Shown here in pieces: positions 38,166 through 49,233 of a stretch of DNA of 64,000 bases (positions are counted from its first letter, which is position 1; every line of letters begins with the position of its first letter). Under the pieces are notes generated by a model that was given only the letters and a program-made list of their open reading frames with translations, made no database searches and was not told where the DNA came from. A program made the translations under genes and the position numbers. The DNA is from Candidatus Latescibacterota bacterium (GTDB lineage: Bacteria; Latescibacterota; UBA2968; UBA8231), in contig CBDETK010000013.1 in NCBI GenBank assembly GCA_965242865.1, positions 928,001-992,000 on the forward strand, given 5' to 3'.

Positions 38166-41000
38166 TCACTCCTCTCGGGCGTACGTTTCTACCGGCGGAC
38201 AGGAACAGATCAGGTTGCGATCGCCCTGCGCGTCGTTCAGCCGCCCTACGGCCGGCCAGAACTTGCGCTCCAACAGCCAAGGCGCGGGCAACGCGGCCAC
38301 AGTCCTGGAATAGGGCCGGTCCCAGTCGTCGGCCAGCACAACGTCCACCGGGTGGGGCGCGTGGACCAGCGGGTTGTTGGCGCGGTCCATTGCTCCAGCG
38401 GCTACTTGCTGGATTTCGCCGCCAATGGCGATCAGGGCCGCGCAAAATCGGTCCAACTCGGCTTTGGACTCGCTCTCGGTCGGTTCGACCATCAACGTCC
38501 CGGCCACCGGAAAGGATACCGTGGGCGCGTGGAACCCGTAGTCCATCAACCGCTTGGCTACGTCTTCGACGCCAATGCCGTGTTCTCGCGCCCAGCGCAG
38601 GTCGAGGATGCACTCGTGCGCGACGCGCCCGTTGCGCCCCTTGTACAGCACGGGAAAGGAATCCGCCAAGCGGGTGCTTAGGTAATTGGCATTGAGGATC
38701 GCCACCTGCGTCGCCTTGGCCAAGCCCGCGCCGCCCATCAGCCGCAAGTACGCCCAAGATATGAGCAAAATTGAGGCACTGCCCCAGGGCGCGGCCGCAA
38801 TCGGGCCAATTGATTCGACCCCGCCGGTGGCGACGAGGGGATGGGAAGGCAAAAACTCCACCAAGTGCTCGGCCACGGCAATGGGACCCATCCCCGGGCC
38901 GCCTCCGCCGTGGGGAATGCAAAAGGTCTTGTGCAAGTTCAGATGGCACACGTCAATGCCGATTTCTCCGGGCCGGCACCAGCCCACCAAGGCGTTCATG
39001 TTGGCGCCGTCCATATAGACTTGACCGCCGGCTTGGTGGACGACCGCGCAGATTTCGGCGATGGCCTCTTCAAAGACCCCGTGGGTTGAGGGGTACGTCA
39101 CCATGAGGGCGGCGAGCCGCTCGCGGTGGGCCGCGGCCTGCGCCCGCAGGTCCGCCACGTCGATATTGCCCTCGGCGTCGCAGGCAACCACGACCACGTC
39201 CAACCCGGCCATGGCCGCGCTCGCGGGATTCGTTCCATGGGCCGAGGCTGGGATGAGGCAAATGTTCCGCTGGGCCTGCCCGCGCATCCGGTGGTATTGG
39301 CGCACGATGAGGAGGCCGGCGTACTCGCCCTGCGAACCCGCGTTGGGTTGCAGGGAAATGCCCGGGAGGCCGGTGATCGCGCGCAGCATGTCCTCCATTT
39401 CGGCGAAAATCGCCGCGTACCCCCGGGCTTGCTCTAGTGGCGCAAACGGGTGCAGCGCAGCAAATTCTGGCCAAGTAATCGCCATCATTTCCGCGGTCGC
39501 ATTGAGCTTCATGGTACACGAGCCGAGCGGAATCATCGCGTGGACTAAGGACAGGTCCTTGGCTTCAAGCCGGCGCATGTAGCGCATCATTTCGGTCTCG
39601 GAGTGGTGCGCCGCAAAAACGGGATGTTCCATGAAGCGCGAGCAGCGCTCGTGGACCGGCCCCCAAGCCGGCTCGGCCTCCACTTGGGCCGGGAGCTGGC
39701 CGCCCAGCAAGGCGAGGATGGCTTGCAAATCGGCCTGTTGGGTTGTTTCGTCGAGGGCAATGCCCCAGTGCCCTTCCCCTAGATCGCGGAAGTTCATCCC
39801 CTCGGCCCGCGCCTGCGCCAACAGCTCGTCGCCCTGCGCTCCCACTTCAACGCGCAGCGCGTCAAAGTAGTGGTCGTGGACTATTCGGTAGCCGGCGTCC
39901 TCCAGCCCGCGGGCGAGGGCCCGCGCTTGGCGGTGGATGCGACCGGCCAAGCGCCGCAACCCGTCTGGTCCGTGATAGACCGCGTACATGCTCGCCACCA
40001 CGGCCGGCAAGACCTCGGCCGTGCAGATGTTGCTCGTGGCTCGCTCGCGTTTGATGTGCTGTTCGCGGGTTTGCAAGGCCATGCGCAGGGCGGGCTGGCC
40101 GCGGACATCCTCTGAGACGCCGATGATGCGCCCGGGCACCTGCCGCTGAAACTCGGGGCGCGTCGCCAAAAAGGCCGCGTGCGGGCCGCCGTATCCCATG
40201 GGCATGCCAAAGCGCTGCGCACTCCCAATGGCCGCATCGGCCCCAAACTCCCCGGGGGGCCGCAGCAAACACAGGGCGAGCAGGTCAACGGCCACGCACA
40301 CGAGGGTCTGATGGGCGTGTGCCTGAGCGCAGAACTCGGCGTAGTCGTACAGTGCCCCATCGGAGGCCGGATATTGGAGCAAGGCGGCAAAGGCCCCGGC
40401 AGCAAAATCCCAGTCTCGATGATCGCCTACGACCACCTCCCACCCCCGCGACTCGGCCCGGACCTCGACCACCGCTATGGTTTGCGGATGGCAGGCCGAC
40501 GAGACAAAGACGCGCTCGCTGGCGTTTTTCTTTTGCACGGCCCGCAACATGGCTACGGCCTCGGCCGCGGCCGTAGCTTCGTCCAATAAGGAGGCATTGG
40601 CCAAGGCAAAACCCGTCAGGTCGCCGACCATGGTTTGGAAGTTGAGCAGGGCCTCTAGCCGACCTTGGGCGATTTCGGACTGGTAGGGCGTGTACTGGGT
40701 GTACCAGCCTGGGTTTTCCAAGATGTTGCGCTGAATCACCGGAGGGGTTATGCAGTCTGAGTAGCCCAAGCCGATAAAGCTGCGGGCTAGGCGATTTTGG
40801 CCGGCCAAGGCCCGCAACCTGCCCAGCAACTCGTACTCGCTGATGCCTTCGCCGAGCGCTAGCGGGTGTTGCGCCCGAATGGCCGCCGGTAGAGTCTCAT
40901 CCATGAGGCTGTCCAAACTGTCGGCCCCCACGGCCGCGAGCATGGCGGCTAGGTCGGCGGCCGTAGGGCCGATGTGTCGGCGGACAAACTCGTCGCTCAT
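38166..41000 (-). CDS. gcvP: Glycine dehydrogenase (P protein)
   Basis: [41 protein letters not shown]. Confidence 0.97.
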   Translation of the reverse strand: MSDEFVRRHIGPTAADLAAMLAAVGADSLDSLMDETLPAAIRAQHPLALGEGISEYELLGRLRALAGQNRLARSFIGLGYSDCITPPVIQRNILENPGWYTQYTPYQSEIAQGRLEALLNFQTMVGDLTGFALANASLLDEATAAAEAVAMLRAVQKKNASERVFVSSACHPQTIAVVEVRAESRGWEVVVGDHRDWDFAAGAFAALLQYPASDGALYDYAEFCAQAHAHQTLVCVAVDLLALCLLRPPGEFGADAAIGSAQRFGMPMGYGGPHAAFLATRPEFQRQVPGRIIGVSEDVRGQPALRMALQTREQHIKRERATSNICTAEVLPAVVASMYAVYHGPDGLRRLAGRIHRQARALARGLEDAGYRIVHDHYFDALRVEVGAQGDELLAQARAEGMNFRDLGEGHWGIALDETTQQADLQAILALLGGQLPAQVEAEPAWGPVHERCSRFMEHPVFAAHHSETEMMRYMRRLEAKDLSLVHAMIPLGSCTMKLNATAEMMAITWPEFAALHPFAPLEQARGYAAIFAEMEDMLRAITGLPGISLQPNAGSQGEYAGLLIVRQYHRMRGQAQRNICLIPASAHGTNPASAAMAGLDVVVVACDAEGNIDVADLRAQAAAHRERLAALMVTYPSTHGVFEEAIAEICAVVHQAGGQVYMDGANMNALVGWCRPGEIGIDVCHLNLHKTFCIPHGGGGPGMGPIAVAEHLVEFLPSHPLVATGGVESIGPIAAAPWGSASILLISWAYLRLMGGAGLAKATQVAILNANYLSTRLADSFPVLYKGRNGRVAHECILDLRWAREHGIGVEDVAKRLMDYGFHAPTVSFPVAGTLMVEPTESESKAELDRFCAALIAIGGEIQQVAAGAMDRANNPLVHAPHPVDVVLADDWDRPYSRTVAALPAPWLLERKFWPAVGRLNDAQGDRNLICSCPPVETYAREE

Positions 41001-41002
41001 GC

Positions 41003-42118
41003 TCAGTCCTTTTTAAGTCCCGACAGCACAAAGGGCCGTGCGACCACCACGGCCGGCTGCTGCTTGCCCTTTATGCCGATGGACACTTGGGTTCCCATTT
41101 TTTGTGCGCTACGCGGTAAAAAGGCCAGCCCAATGCCCTCGTTGAGCACCGGCGAGTGCGTCCCACTGGTCACGGTCCCCACCTGCTCTCCGCGCCGGTC
41201 GAAAACCGGATAATCCGGCCGGGGAATGCCCCTTTCCAACATGCGGAAGCCGCGCAAGCGGCGATAGCCGCCCGCCGCCCGCTGCACTCGCAGGGCCTCG
41301 GCACCGACAAAATCCGCCTCTTTTTCGAGGTCGAGCGTCCAAGCCAACCCCGCTTCTAAGGGGGTCGTCTGTTCGTTCAATTCGCGGCCATACAGGCAAA
41401 ACCCCATCTCCAAGCGCAAGGTGTCGCGGGCACCGAGCCCACACGGCTGGGCCCCGGCCGCGCGGAGCTTGGCCCACAGCGCGGCGACTTGGTCGGCCGG
41501 GCACATAATCTCAAACCCGTCTTCGCCGGTGTAGCCATTGCGGCTGAGCACCCCGCGGATTCCGGCGATTTCCATAGCCGCGCAGCGATAGTACCCGAGG
41601 GCCACGCTAGTCGGGCCAGCGAGTGCTTCGACTAAGGCGGCCGCCTTTGGCCCTTGTACCGCTACCATGCCCAGTTCGTCGCTCAAGTCCTCAATTTGCA
41701 CCTCCGCACAACCCGCGACCGCGGCCTGTGCGGTAATCCACTGCCAGTCCGCCGCCTTCCGGCTCGCGTTGACCACCAAGCGGTACTCCTGCTCGGCGAG
41801 CCGATAGAGTACCAGATCGTCCACGCATCCGCCCTGTTCATTGCACAGGGGCGCGTAGAGCATCTGGCCGATGGCCAAGGCGCGGACCCGCGCCGGCAAG
41901 AGGCGGTCGAGGAAGGCCACTGCGTCCGCCCCGGCAACGGCCATGCGCCCCATGTGCGAGATGTCGAACAGGCCGACCGCTCGACGCACCGCCCCATGTT
42001 CGCGGCGGATGCCCTCGAACTGGACCGGCATTTCCCACCCGCCAAAGGGCACCATGCGCCCGCCTTCGGCGACAGCTACCTCATAGAGCGGCGTCCGCCG
42101 CAAGCGTTCATGGGGCAT
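41003..42118 (-). CDS. gcvT: Glycine cleavage aminomethyltransferase T
   Basis: [27 protein letters not shown]. Confidence 0.96.
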   Translation of the reverse strand: MPHERLRRTPLYEVAVAEGGRMVPFGGWEMPVQFEGIRREHGAVRRAVGLFDISHMGRMAVAGADAVAFLDRLLPARVRALAIGQMLYAPLCNEQGGCVDDLVLYRLAEQEYRLVVNASRKAADWQWITAQAAVAGCAEVQIEDLSDELGMVAVQGPKAAALVEALAGPTSVALGYYRCAAMEIAGIRGVLSRNGYTGEDGFEIMCPADQVAALWAKLRAAGAQPCGLGARDTLRLEMGFCLYGRELNEQTTPLEAGLAWTLDLEKEADFVGAEALRVQRAAGGYRRLRGFRMLERGIPRPDYPVFDRRGEQVGTVTSGTHSPVLNEGIGLAFLPRSAQKMGTQVSIGIKGKQQPAVVVARPFVLSGLKKD

Positions 42119-42737
42119 GGCGATTCAACTCGGCCCACAGGGCTTTGGCCTGCGCGGCGAGCGCGGCCAAGTCCGCGTTGTTGTCGATGACAACGTCGGC
42201 GCGGGCCTTTTTTTGGTGCGGATCCAGCTGGCGGGCCATCCGCTGCCTAATCTCGCCCACCGGCAAGCCGCTGCGCTGCTGCACCCTCGACACGCATCGT
42301 TCCTCCTCAGCATCAACGACCGCAATGCGGTCGAAGTTCCCCTCGCTTCCCCACTCGTATATCAGGGGCGCGTCAAACACCACGATCCCCCCGTTGGCTT
42401 CCGCCACGGCCTGCGCCAGCCGGCGTTGGATGGCCGCTTCGAGCGGCGGCCGCATAATCGCCTCTAACCGCTGGCTCGCCTCGGCCGATTGCAGGGCGCG
42501 ACGCCCTAACTCCGGGCGATTCAAGCTCCCGTCTGGGCGGAGCACATCGCGGCCAAACGCCGCTTGCAGGTTTTCTAGTACCGCTGGAATGGTCGCCACT
42601 TCGTGCGCTACCTCGTCGGCATCGACCCGCAGGGCACCCAACTCGGCGAGCATTCGCGCCAGTGTGGACTTGCCCGCGCCCATGCCGCCGGTAATGCCTA
42701 CGAGCATCGGGCCCTGGGGCCGGCTGGGGTCGAGCAA
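42108..42737 (-). CDS. coaE: Dephospho-CoA kinase
   Basis: GITGGMGAGKST, DAPL..E, ADVVIDN. Confidence 0.93.
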   Translation of the reverse strand: MLDPSRPQGPMLVGITGGMGAGKSTLARMLAELGALRVDADEVAHEVATIPAVLENLQAAFGRDVLRPDGSLNRPELGRRALQSAEASQRLEAIMRPPLEAAIQRRLAQAVAEANGGIVVFDAPLIYEWGSEGNFDRIAVVDAEEERCVSRVQQRSGLPVGEIRQRMARQLDPHQKKARADVVIDNNADLAALAAQAKALWAELNRHAP

Positions 42738-42843
42738 CAGAATTCAAAAAATCGCACCACTTTGCCTTGCAATGAAGGTGGACGGAACCGGGCAAAATGT
42801 ACCGCGCCGACCCTACGTGGTCAACCGACCGGAGCGACGCCCA

Positions 42844-42872
42844 TTGACACTATATGGGGCATCGCCTATAGT
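42844..42872 (+). promoter_or_regulatory. Sigma70-type promoter of clpP
   Basis: TTGACA-N17-TATAGT. Confidence 0.75.
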
Positions 42873-42915
42873 CCATTGGTTGGCGACTGGACCCTCTTCA
42901 AACGACAAATAGCAA

Positions 42916-43521
42916 ATGGCCATCGTACCCGTAGTAATCGAACAGACCGGCCGCGGCGAGCGCGCCTACGACATCTTCTCCCGCCTCCTCAAGGAGCGGA
43001 TCATTTTCATCAGCACCCCGATTGACGACCGCGAAGCCAACCTCGTCATCGCCCAGCTGCTCTTTTTAATCTCGGAAGATCCCCAAAAAGACATTTCGCT
43101 TTACATCAACAGCCCTGGCGGCAGCCTCACGGCTGGCTTGGCCATCTACGACACCATGCAGTACGTCCCCTGCGACGTAGCGACGCTGTGCATCGGCCAA
43201 GCGTATAGCATGAGCGCGATCCTCCTCGCCGGCGGGGCCAAAGGCAAGCGCCACGCTCTGGCTCATTCTCGGCTCATGCTGCACCAGCCCTGGGGAGGGG
43301 TCCGCGGCCAAGCGGCCGATATTGAAATCCACGCCCGCGAAATCGTCGAGTGGCGCGACCGGCTCAACCAGATCTTAGTCCGAGATACCGGCCAGCCGCT
43401 CGAGCGCATCGAACTGGTCACCGAGCGCGATTACTTTCTTTCGCCGGCCGAGGCGATTGACTTCGGCCTAATCGACGGCCTTCTGACGTCCGAACAAGAG
43501 CTGGCCGCTCTCGCTGGCTAA
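42916..43521 (+). CDS. clpP: ATP-dependent Clp protease proteolytic subunit
   Basis: [19 protein letters not shown], Ser (AYSM), His (HQP), Asp (ERD). Confidence 0.96.
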   Translation: MAIVPVVIEQTGRGERAYDIFSRLLKERIIFISTPIDDREANLVIAQLLFLISEDPQKDISLYINSPGGSLTAGLAIYDTMQYVPCDVATLCIGQAYSMSAILLAGGAKGKRHALAHSRLMLHQPWGGVRGQAADIEIHAREIVEWRDRLNQILVRDTGQPLERIELVTERDYFLSPAEAIDFGLIDGLLTSEQELAALAG

Positions 43522-44801
43522 TGCCTTAGCGGGAAGGCAATTACCTCGTCTAAGCAAGTTGCACCGGCAACGATCATGACCAGCCGGTCCAACCCCAAGG
43601 CCACGCCCCCCGCCGGTGGAATACCCCGCTCCATGGCCGCGAGAAACGCCTCGTCGGCCGGTGCGCCCCCCGGCTGTGCCCCCTGTGCAAAGCGCACGCG
43701 CTGCTGGACTGGGTCGTTCAGTTCGGTATAACCGTTTGACAACTCCACTCCGCCCAAATACGCCTCCGTTCTCTCGGCTACGGCCGGGTCGCCTTCTTTG
43801 AGTTTGGCCAAGGCGGCCAACGGCCGAGGATAATCAAAGAGGTGGACCGCCCCTAGTTTAGCCAATTCTGGCTCGACTTTTTCCAGCAGAATTTTGTGGA
43901 ATAGGTCCTCCCAACGATCCCCGCGTCTAGCGCTGCCATAGCCTAGGGCGCGAGTGCGGCGAAACAGCACTTCCGCGCTGGCACAGGAATCCAAATCGAC
44001 CGCCGCCCAGCGCGCAAAGGCCGCGCGGACGCTGAGCCGCTGCCACGGCGGCTGCACATCGATCGCCCGCCCTTGTCGGACGACGCTCGGCCGTCCTAAG
44101 ACGCTTTCCGCCACATAAGCTACCAAGTTTTCGACATCGGCCATGATTTCTTCGTAACTAGCGTACGCTCGATACCATTCGATTAGGGTAAATTCGGGGT
44201 TGTGTTGCGGCCCGCTCTCCCCATTGCGGTACGAGCGGCTGATCTGGTAAATCCGCTCAAAGCCCACTCCTAGCAATCGCTTCATGTACAGCTCGGGCGA
44301 GGGGGCGAGGTACAGGGGCTCGCGCTCCTTATCCCCTTGGTATTCTGTGGCGAATAGCTGGATGGATTCCTCTTGCGCCGAGGCGCGCACCAACGTGGGC
44401 GTCTCCACAGCAAGGAAGTCCGCATCGCGAAAAAAGCTGCGGACAGCGTCTAACACGGCGGCCCGCACTCGCATGTTCGCCCACAGCCCGTTGGCGTGGA
44501 ACCGCGCCCAATCCCCCTGCGGCCATGCCGCGTCGCTAGGGGCTAATAGGCGGATTTGGGAAACAACGATAACTCCTTCCGCAGCAATCCCATACAACTC
44601 AACTATATCTCCGGCTGTTACCCCTTCTGCCTGTGGCTGCACGACCAGATCAACCGCTCCGCTCTCGTCTGCGAGCCGGCCGCGACCGGCCGCGAAGTGG
44701 AGGAGCCGTCCCCGCACCGCCACTTCTCCCACCGCGGTGGCTGCGGTGGCCGCCGGCTGGTGCCGCCACCGCACCCGCGCTGGATAGTGTCTAGATTGCA
44801 T
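43518..44801 (-). CDS. epmA: EF-P lysine aminoacylase EpmA/GenX with N-terminal extension (start uncertain)
   Basis: [35 protein letters not shown]. Confidence 0.85.
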   Translation of the reverse strand: MQSRHYPARVRWRHQPAATAATAVGEVAVRGRLLHFAAGRGRLADESGAVDLVVQPQAEGVTAGDIVELYGIAAEGVIVVSQIRLLAPSDAAWPQGDWARFHANGLWANMRVRAAVLDAVRSFFRDADFLAVETPTLVRASAQEESIQLFATEYQGDKEREPLYLAPSPELYMKRLLGVGFERIYQISRSYRNGESGPQHNPEFTLIEWYRAYASYEEIMADVENLVAYVAESVLGRPSVVRQGRAIDVQPPWQRLSVRAAFARWAAVDLDSCASAEVLFRRTRALGYGSARRGDRWEDLFHKILLEKVEPELAKLGAVHLFDYPRPLAALAKLKEGDPAVAERTEAYLGGVELSNGYTELNDPVQQRVRFAQGAQPGGAPADEAFLAAMERGIPPAGGVALGLDRLVMIVAGATCLDEVIAFPLRH

Positions 44802-44894
44802 GGCGCTTTTGCCAAAAAAAACCCTTCTGGCCGGCGCGTTCGCCAGCCGAGAAGGGATCGTAGTTAGTGGAAAGCTCAAGGCCCGGGGTGGAAA

Positions 44895-46121
44895 TCAAGC
44901 CCGCTTCTTGTTGTACACGAAGGTGGGCGGGGCCTTGTTTTCGATGAACTCCTTGGTAATGACGCATTCGGCGACATCGTCGCGGGCCGGGAGATCGAAC
45001 ATGATTTCAAACATGACGGTTTCCAAGACCGCCCGCAGGCCGCGCGCCCCCATCTCCTTTTCTTGGGTCAATTCGACGACCTTCTCCAAGGCCTCCTCTT
45101 CAAACCGCAGGGCAATGCCGTCCATCTCAAACAGCTTCTGGTACTGCTTGACGAGCGCATTCCGCGGCTTGAGCAGGATGTCCATTAGTGCCTGATCGCT
45201 CAAGGGGTGCAAGATACCCGCCACGGGCAAGCGGCCAATCAACTCGGGAATTAGGCCGTACTGAATCAGTTCTTCGGGCTCGACGTGCGCCAGCAGATTG
45301 GCCCCGTCCATTTCCTCGCGGTCGTCGAGTGGACTGCCAAAGCCGATGGACTGCGTTCCGATGCGCTGGCTGATAATTTTGTCTAGCCCATCGAAAGCCC
45401 CGCCGCAAATAAAGAGAATGTTCTTGGTATTTATTTGGACCAAAGGCTGTTCGGGGTGCTTGCGCCCGCCCTTGGGAGGCACTCCCGACACCGTCCCCTC
45501 TAAAATTTTGAGGAGCTCCTGTTGGACGCCTTCGCCGGAAACATCGCGGGTTATGGAGGGATTGCCGGATTTGCGGGCGACTTTGTCCAGCTCGTCGATA
45601 AACAAGATCCCACGCTCGGCTTGTTTGACATCGTACTCCGCGGCTTGGAGAAGCCGCACGAGGATGTTTTCCACGTCCTCGCCCACGTACCCAGCTTCGG
45701 TGAGGACGGTGGCATCGACGATGGCAAAGGGCACTTGTAATACGCGCGCCAACGTCTCCGCCAAAAGCGTCTTGCCCACTCCGGTGGGGCCGATGAGCAG
45801 GATATTGCTCTTGCTGAGCTGGACATCCGCCACGCCAGAATGCACCCGCTTGTAGTGATTGTACACGGCAACCGAGAGGGCTTTTTTGGCGCGTTCTTGG
45901 CCGATGATGTGGGCGTCGAGGTGGGCCTTGATTTCAGCCGGCTTGGGCAAGGGCCGACCGTTGAGACTGGGCTCGTGTTTGCCGTCCTCGGCCAGCACCT
46001 CGTTGCACAAGCCAATGCACTCACTGCATATATACACCGAAGGCCCCTGAATAACCTTCTCGACTTGCTCGCCCCCCTTGCCGCAGAACGAACAGGCTAT
46101 ATCGGGCGTTTTTTTGCCCAT
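44895..46121 (-). CDS. clpX: ClpX ATPase
   Basis: CSFCGK zinc finger, [25 protein letters not shown]. Confidence 0.97.
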   Translation of the reverse strand: MGKKTPDIACSFCGKGGEQVEKVIQGPSVYICSECIGLCNEVLAEDGKHEPSLNGRPLPKPAEIKAHLDAHIIGQERAKKALSVAVYNHYKRVHSGVADVQLSKSNILLIGPTGVGKTLLAETLARVLQVPFAIVDATVLTEAGYVGEDVENILVRLLQAAEYDVKQAERGILFIDELDKVARKSGNPSITRDVSGEGVQQELLKILEGTVSGVPPKGGRKHPEQPLVQINTKNILFICGGAFDGLDKIISQRIGTQSIGFGSPLDDREEMDGANLLAHVEPEELIQYGLIPELIGRLPVAGILHPLSDQALMDILLKPRNALVKQYQKLFEMDGIALRFEEEALEKVVELTQEKEMGARGLRAVLETVMFEIMFDLPARDDVAECVITKEFIENKAPPTFVYNKKRA

Positions 46122-46126
46122 CGTCC

Positions 46127-46747
46127 CTACGACTGACCGTCTTCGTCTAGAGAATTCGGAGGGCTGTCTTCGCCATCCGCGGCGGCACTGCTGGCGTTTT
46201 CAGCCTCCCCGGTTGCGTCGAGGGCCTCGGGCTCGGTTGCGGCCTCCGCTTCGGCGTTGTCTTGGCTGGCCTTCATTACGTTGATGGCCTGAAATCCCTT
46301 GGCAGTGCGGGTCACCATGAACTCAACTTCGTCGTCTTGGTTTAAGCTCTGTCCCCAATTGGACGAAATGTCGCGCCAGTGGACGAAGACATCGACATGG
46401 CTATCTGTAGAGATGAAACCATATCCCTTATCGTTGTTAAACCACTTGACTACGCCTCGAGTCCAAGTGTTTTCCGCGAGGGTGCGGCGCTCGTGCGTCG
46501 GGGGGCTACTCTCCGCAGGGCCGGGGAGCACACGAGGCGGCTGTTTCTTGCCCTCGCTCTCCAGAACGCGGGCCAGTAAGTCTTGCTTGAGACCTTGGCC
46601 TCCCTCGGCTCCTTGGGCTATCCACTCAACGGCCGTCATCATACCTATGACGTAAGGGCTATCGTTGCCATAGAGCCGGCGGGCATCTCCTATGCGTTGA
46701 GCCAATTCGCCCACCGCTGTGCTTTCTAAATGTATTGAACTACCCAA
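46127..46747 (-). CDS. Cold-shock-domain protein with N- and C-terminal extensions
   Basis: [20 protein letters not shown]; TTG start behind AGGAG. Confidence 0.85.
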   Translation of the reverse strand: MGSSIHLESTAVGELAQRIGDARRLYGNDSPYVIGMMTAVEWIAQGAEGGQGLKQDLLARVLESEGKKQPPRVLPGPAESSPPTHERRTLAENTWTRGVVKWFNNDKGYGFISTDSHVDVFVHWRDISSNWGQSLNQDDEVEFMVTRTAKGFQAINVMKASQDNAEAEAATEPEALDATGEAENASSAAADGEDSPPNSLDEDGQS

Positions 46748-46841
46748 TTAATCCACTCCTCCTACCCCTTAAAGGGCCTTATGCCGCTTAGCGAAATTTG
46801 GGATATGAGACGATGTAGTTAAGCACATATATATAGGTTTG

Positions 46842-48233
46842 TCAACCTACTCTAAATCGGTATTGCTTGATCCCTTGGTAGATGGTTTGGACGCTCACTT
46901 TTGCGATGCCCGTGAGCGGTACGGCGATCAGCATTCCGACGATGCCCATTAACTGGCTTCCCACCATGACGACAAAGAGGACGACTAAAGGGTGCAATTC
47001 GACGCTTTTGGCCACCATGGTGGGTTGAATGAGCACGTTGTCGATCAGTTGAATGACCAAGAACATGACGATCACTTTGGCCACCATCGCCAAGCCACCG
47101 CCGGTAGCCAAGGCCACAATCGACGAGCAGACGATCCCGATCAACGGCCCGAGATATGGGATTGCATTGGCCAACCCGGCGAGCACCCCCAGCGGCAGGG
47201 CATAATAGACGCCGATAATAGACAAGCCGCTAACGGAGAGCACCGATACGAAGAGGACCGCCAAAAGCTGGCCGCGGATGTAGTTCCCGATCTGTTTATT
47301 GGCTTGGTACAGTAGGTTTAAGCACAATTCAAAATAGGCGTTGGGAACCAAGGCCATCAGGCACCGCGTCAACCGCCGCCCCTCTTTGAGGAAGAAGAAC
47401 GCCACAAACGGCACGAGCACCGCAAAAGTAAGGCCCGAGATCACGCCCTCGATAAACATGGTAGTGCCCCCCAGCATGGTCTTTAGCAGCCGCTCGCCGT
47501 GTTCCCGGATCAACGCAGCGAGCCGGAAATCACTCCCCAAGTAAGGCTGTAGCATGGGCTCAATTTTTGAAGCTCTAGTGCTGGTTTCCGTCACGATCCG
47601 ATCGCCGATTTCCACCAAAACATTGGGCGCAGCCTCGCCAAAGCCAATATCGGTGCGCGAAAACACAACGGCTCCCGGGCGGCCACCGGCCACTTGGCTG
47701 CCGGCGGCCAAATCGCTGTTGCCGTGAACGCTAATGCGCTGGCTGTATTCGTCGGTTCCCTGCGAGTACGCGATCAAGAGCGCGTTTGCCGCCGGGGCAT
47801 GGTCTTTGGGAACAAAGCGCAGGTGAACTGCCAACTCCTCCAGGGGCGCGAGCGCGAACGGCCAGCGGTATTCCCCTCTTAGACTAAACGGCTGGTCCCG
47901 CGAGTCGTCTTCCCAAGCGATCCCTTGGATACTTAGGAGGGTGTCGTCCGGGTTGGCGATGGTAAAAACCCTATCGACCGTTTCGCCGGTCAGCTTGTCT
48001 CCAACCTTGAACGCACCGAGCCCCAATCCGGCGAAGACGAGCGAAAAGACGAGGAGGGTGCTCCAAACCCGCCCCAACCCCTTTCTCTCCAGCCGATCGA
48101 CGATTGGGTGGAGGACATAGGCCAAGACGAACGCTAGAACAAAAGGCGTGAGAATGCCGCGAATCTCGTAGAGAAACCACCCGACCGCCGCTAGGGCCAC
48201 CAAGCCGACTGCGACTTTAACTTGCCAATTCAT
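46842..48233 (-). CDS. AI-2E (PerM) family transporter with an inserted soluble domain
   Basis: YVLHPIVD.L, YIRGQ, IPYLGP, LHP..V, LIAVP. Confidence 0.88.
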   Translation of the reverse strand: MNWQVKVAVGLVALAAVGWFLYEIRGILTPFVLAFVLAYVLHPIVDRLERKGLGRVWSTLLVFSLVFAGLGLGAFKVGDKLTGETVDRVFTIANPDDTLLSIQGIAWEDDSRDQPFSLRGEYRWPFALAPLEELAVHLRFVPKDHAPAANALLIAYSQGTDEYSQRISVHGNSDLAAGSQVAGGRPGAVVFSRTDIGFGEAAPNVLVEIGDRIVTETSTRASKIEPMLQPYLGSDFRLAALIREHGERLLKTMLGGTTMFIEGVISGLTFAVLVPFVAFFFLKEGRRLTRCLMALVPNAYFELCLNLLYQANKQIGNYIRGQLLAVLFVSVLSVSGLSIIGVYYALPLGVLAGLANAIPYLGPLIGIVCSSIVALATGGGLAMVAKVIVMFLVIQLIDNVLIQPTMVAKSVELHPLVVLFVVMVGSQLMGIVGMLIAVPLTGIAKVSVQTIYQGIKQYRFRVG

Positions 48234-48265
48234 TGGATAGTACCTGCGCTGCTCGGGGGCCGCCG

Positions 48266-48787
48266 CTATGCCGAGAGCTTCTTTAGTAGTTCGGGTGCGT
48301 CGGCCGAGACCGCTCGCGCCAAGCCTTCGACCACCTTCGCGGCAAGTGGGGGGTTGCCCTCTAGGAGCTCGAGTAAGTCGGGGCGACAAAACACGAGGAG
48401 GCTACAAGGCTGGACGGCGTAGGCCGAAGCGGGGCGCGGCGATTGGTCTATGAGGGCCTGTTCGCCAAAAAAATCCCCCCGGGTCAAGGTGGCTAGCGGC
48501 TGCTCAACCCCATCGTCGCCCAGCTGGGCGACTCGCACTTGGCCGGAGACGACGATGTACATCCCCAGCCCGGGATCCCCTTGGTTGATGATCGTCTCGC
48601 GAGCGCGCCAGTCGCGCGGGCCGTAGAGCCTTTCCTCTATCTTGTGCAGCTCGCGCCCGCTCAACTGCCGAAAAATGGGCACGTTTTGCAAGAGCTTGTA
48701 GGTGGCGGTCTCTTCCTCGGCGCGGCCGCTCCGCACGCGCTCTTGCAGGCGGCGAAAGACCTGCCGCCAGAGAGGATTAGCCGGCAT
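48266..48787 (-). CDS. Cyclic nucleotide-binding domain protein
   Basis: VPIF..LS, QGDPG..MYIV.SG.V, GDFFGE.AL...PR.ASA. Confidence 0.88.
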   Translation of the reverse strand: MPANPLWRQVFRRLQERVRSGRAEEETATYKLLQNVPIFRQLSGRELHKIEERLYGPRDWRARETIINQGDPGLGMYIVVSGQVRVAQLGDDGVEQPLATLTRGDFFGEQALIDQSPRPASAYAVQPCSLLVFCRPDLLELLEGNPPLAAKVVEGLARAVSADAPELLKKLSA

Positions 48788-48813
48788 GGTTGGCACCCCC
48801 GCCTCGGCCGCAT

Positions 48814-49140
48814 TTAGGCCAATGCGGCTTCCAGCTTTGCGGTGATTTGCCCTTTGGCGACGACGCCAATGATCTGGTCTGCGACTTTGCCCTCTTTGAA
48901 GATGAGCAAGGTGGGAATGCTGCGAATGCCAAATTCGGCCGCGGTTTTCTCGGCCGCGTCGACGTCCAGTTTGCACACTTTGGCCCGGCCCTCGTATTCA
49001 CGGCTCAATTCTTGGACAATCGGCGCAATCGCGCGGCACGGACCGCACCACGTCGCCCAGAAATCCACGAGCACGGGCAGGCTCGCTTTGAGGACTTCAG
49101 CACTGAAATTGTCATCGGTTAAGGCAATAGGTTCGCTCAC
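48814..49140 (-). CDS. trxA: Thioredoxin
   Basis: WCGPC, IRSIPTL. Confidence 0.96.
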   Translation of the reverse strand: MSEPIALTDDNFSAEVLKASLPVLVDFWATWCGPCRAIAPIVQELSREYEGRAKVCKLDVDAAEKTAAEFGIRSIPTLLIFKEGKVADQIIGVVAKGQITAKLEAALA

Positions 49141-49233
49141 GATAGGTCCTTTGCTTGTTGGTTATACTCATACTTTTCAACAGGTTACAACACAATACCT
49201 TGTGCTTCAATTTAGGCTTGACACCATCCATTG

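Noticed and set aside
37174-38949. 591-aa extended gmd ORF, and similar extensions of der, leuS, asnS and the AI-2E gene
   Set aside because: Extensions are open frames overlapping upstream genes in GC-rich DNA; homology starts downstream
38166-42118. gcvH absent between gcvT and gcvP
   Set aside because: gcvH is often encoded elsewhere; cannot be judged from this window
42862-42892. Apparent pseudoknot upstream of clpP
   Set aside because: Overlaps the promoter spacer and -10, so most of it is not transcribed
16448-43300. KOPS-like GGGNAGGG octamers
   Set aside because: Spotted in both orientations by eye; no polarity can be claimed without counting
46820-46847. TAAGCACATAT-ATATAG-GTTTGTCAACC, weak dif-like match on the plus strand
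   Set aside because: Inner TAA/TTA positions are broken; TGTCAA is probably a -35 box for the csp gene
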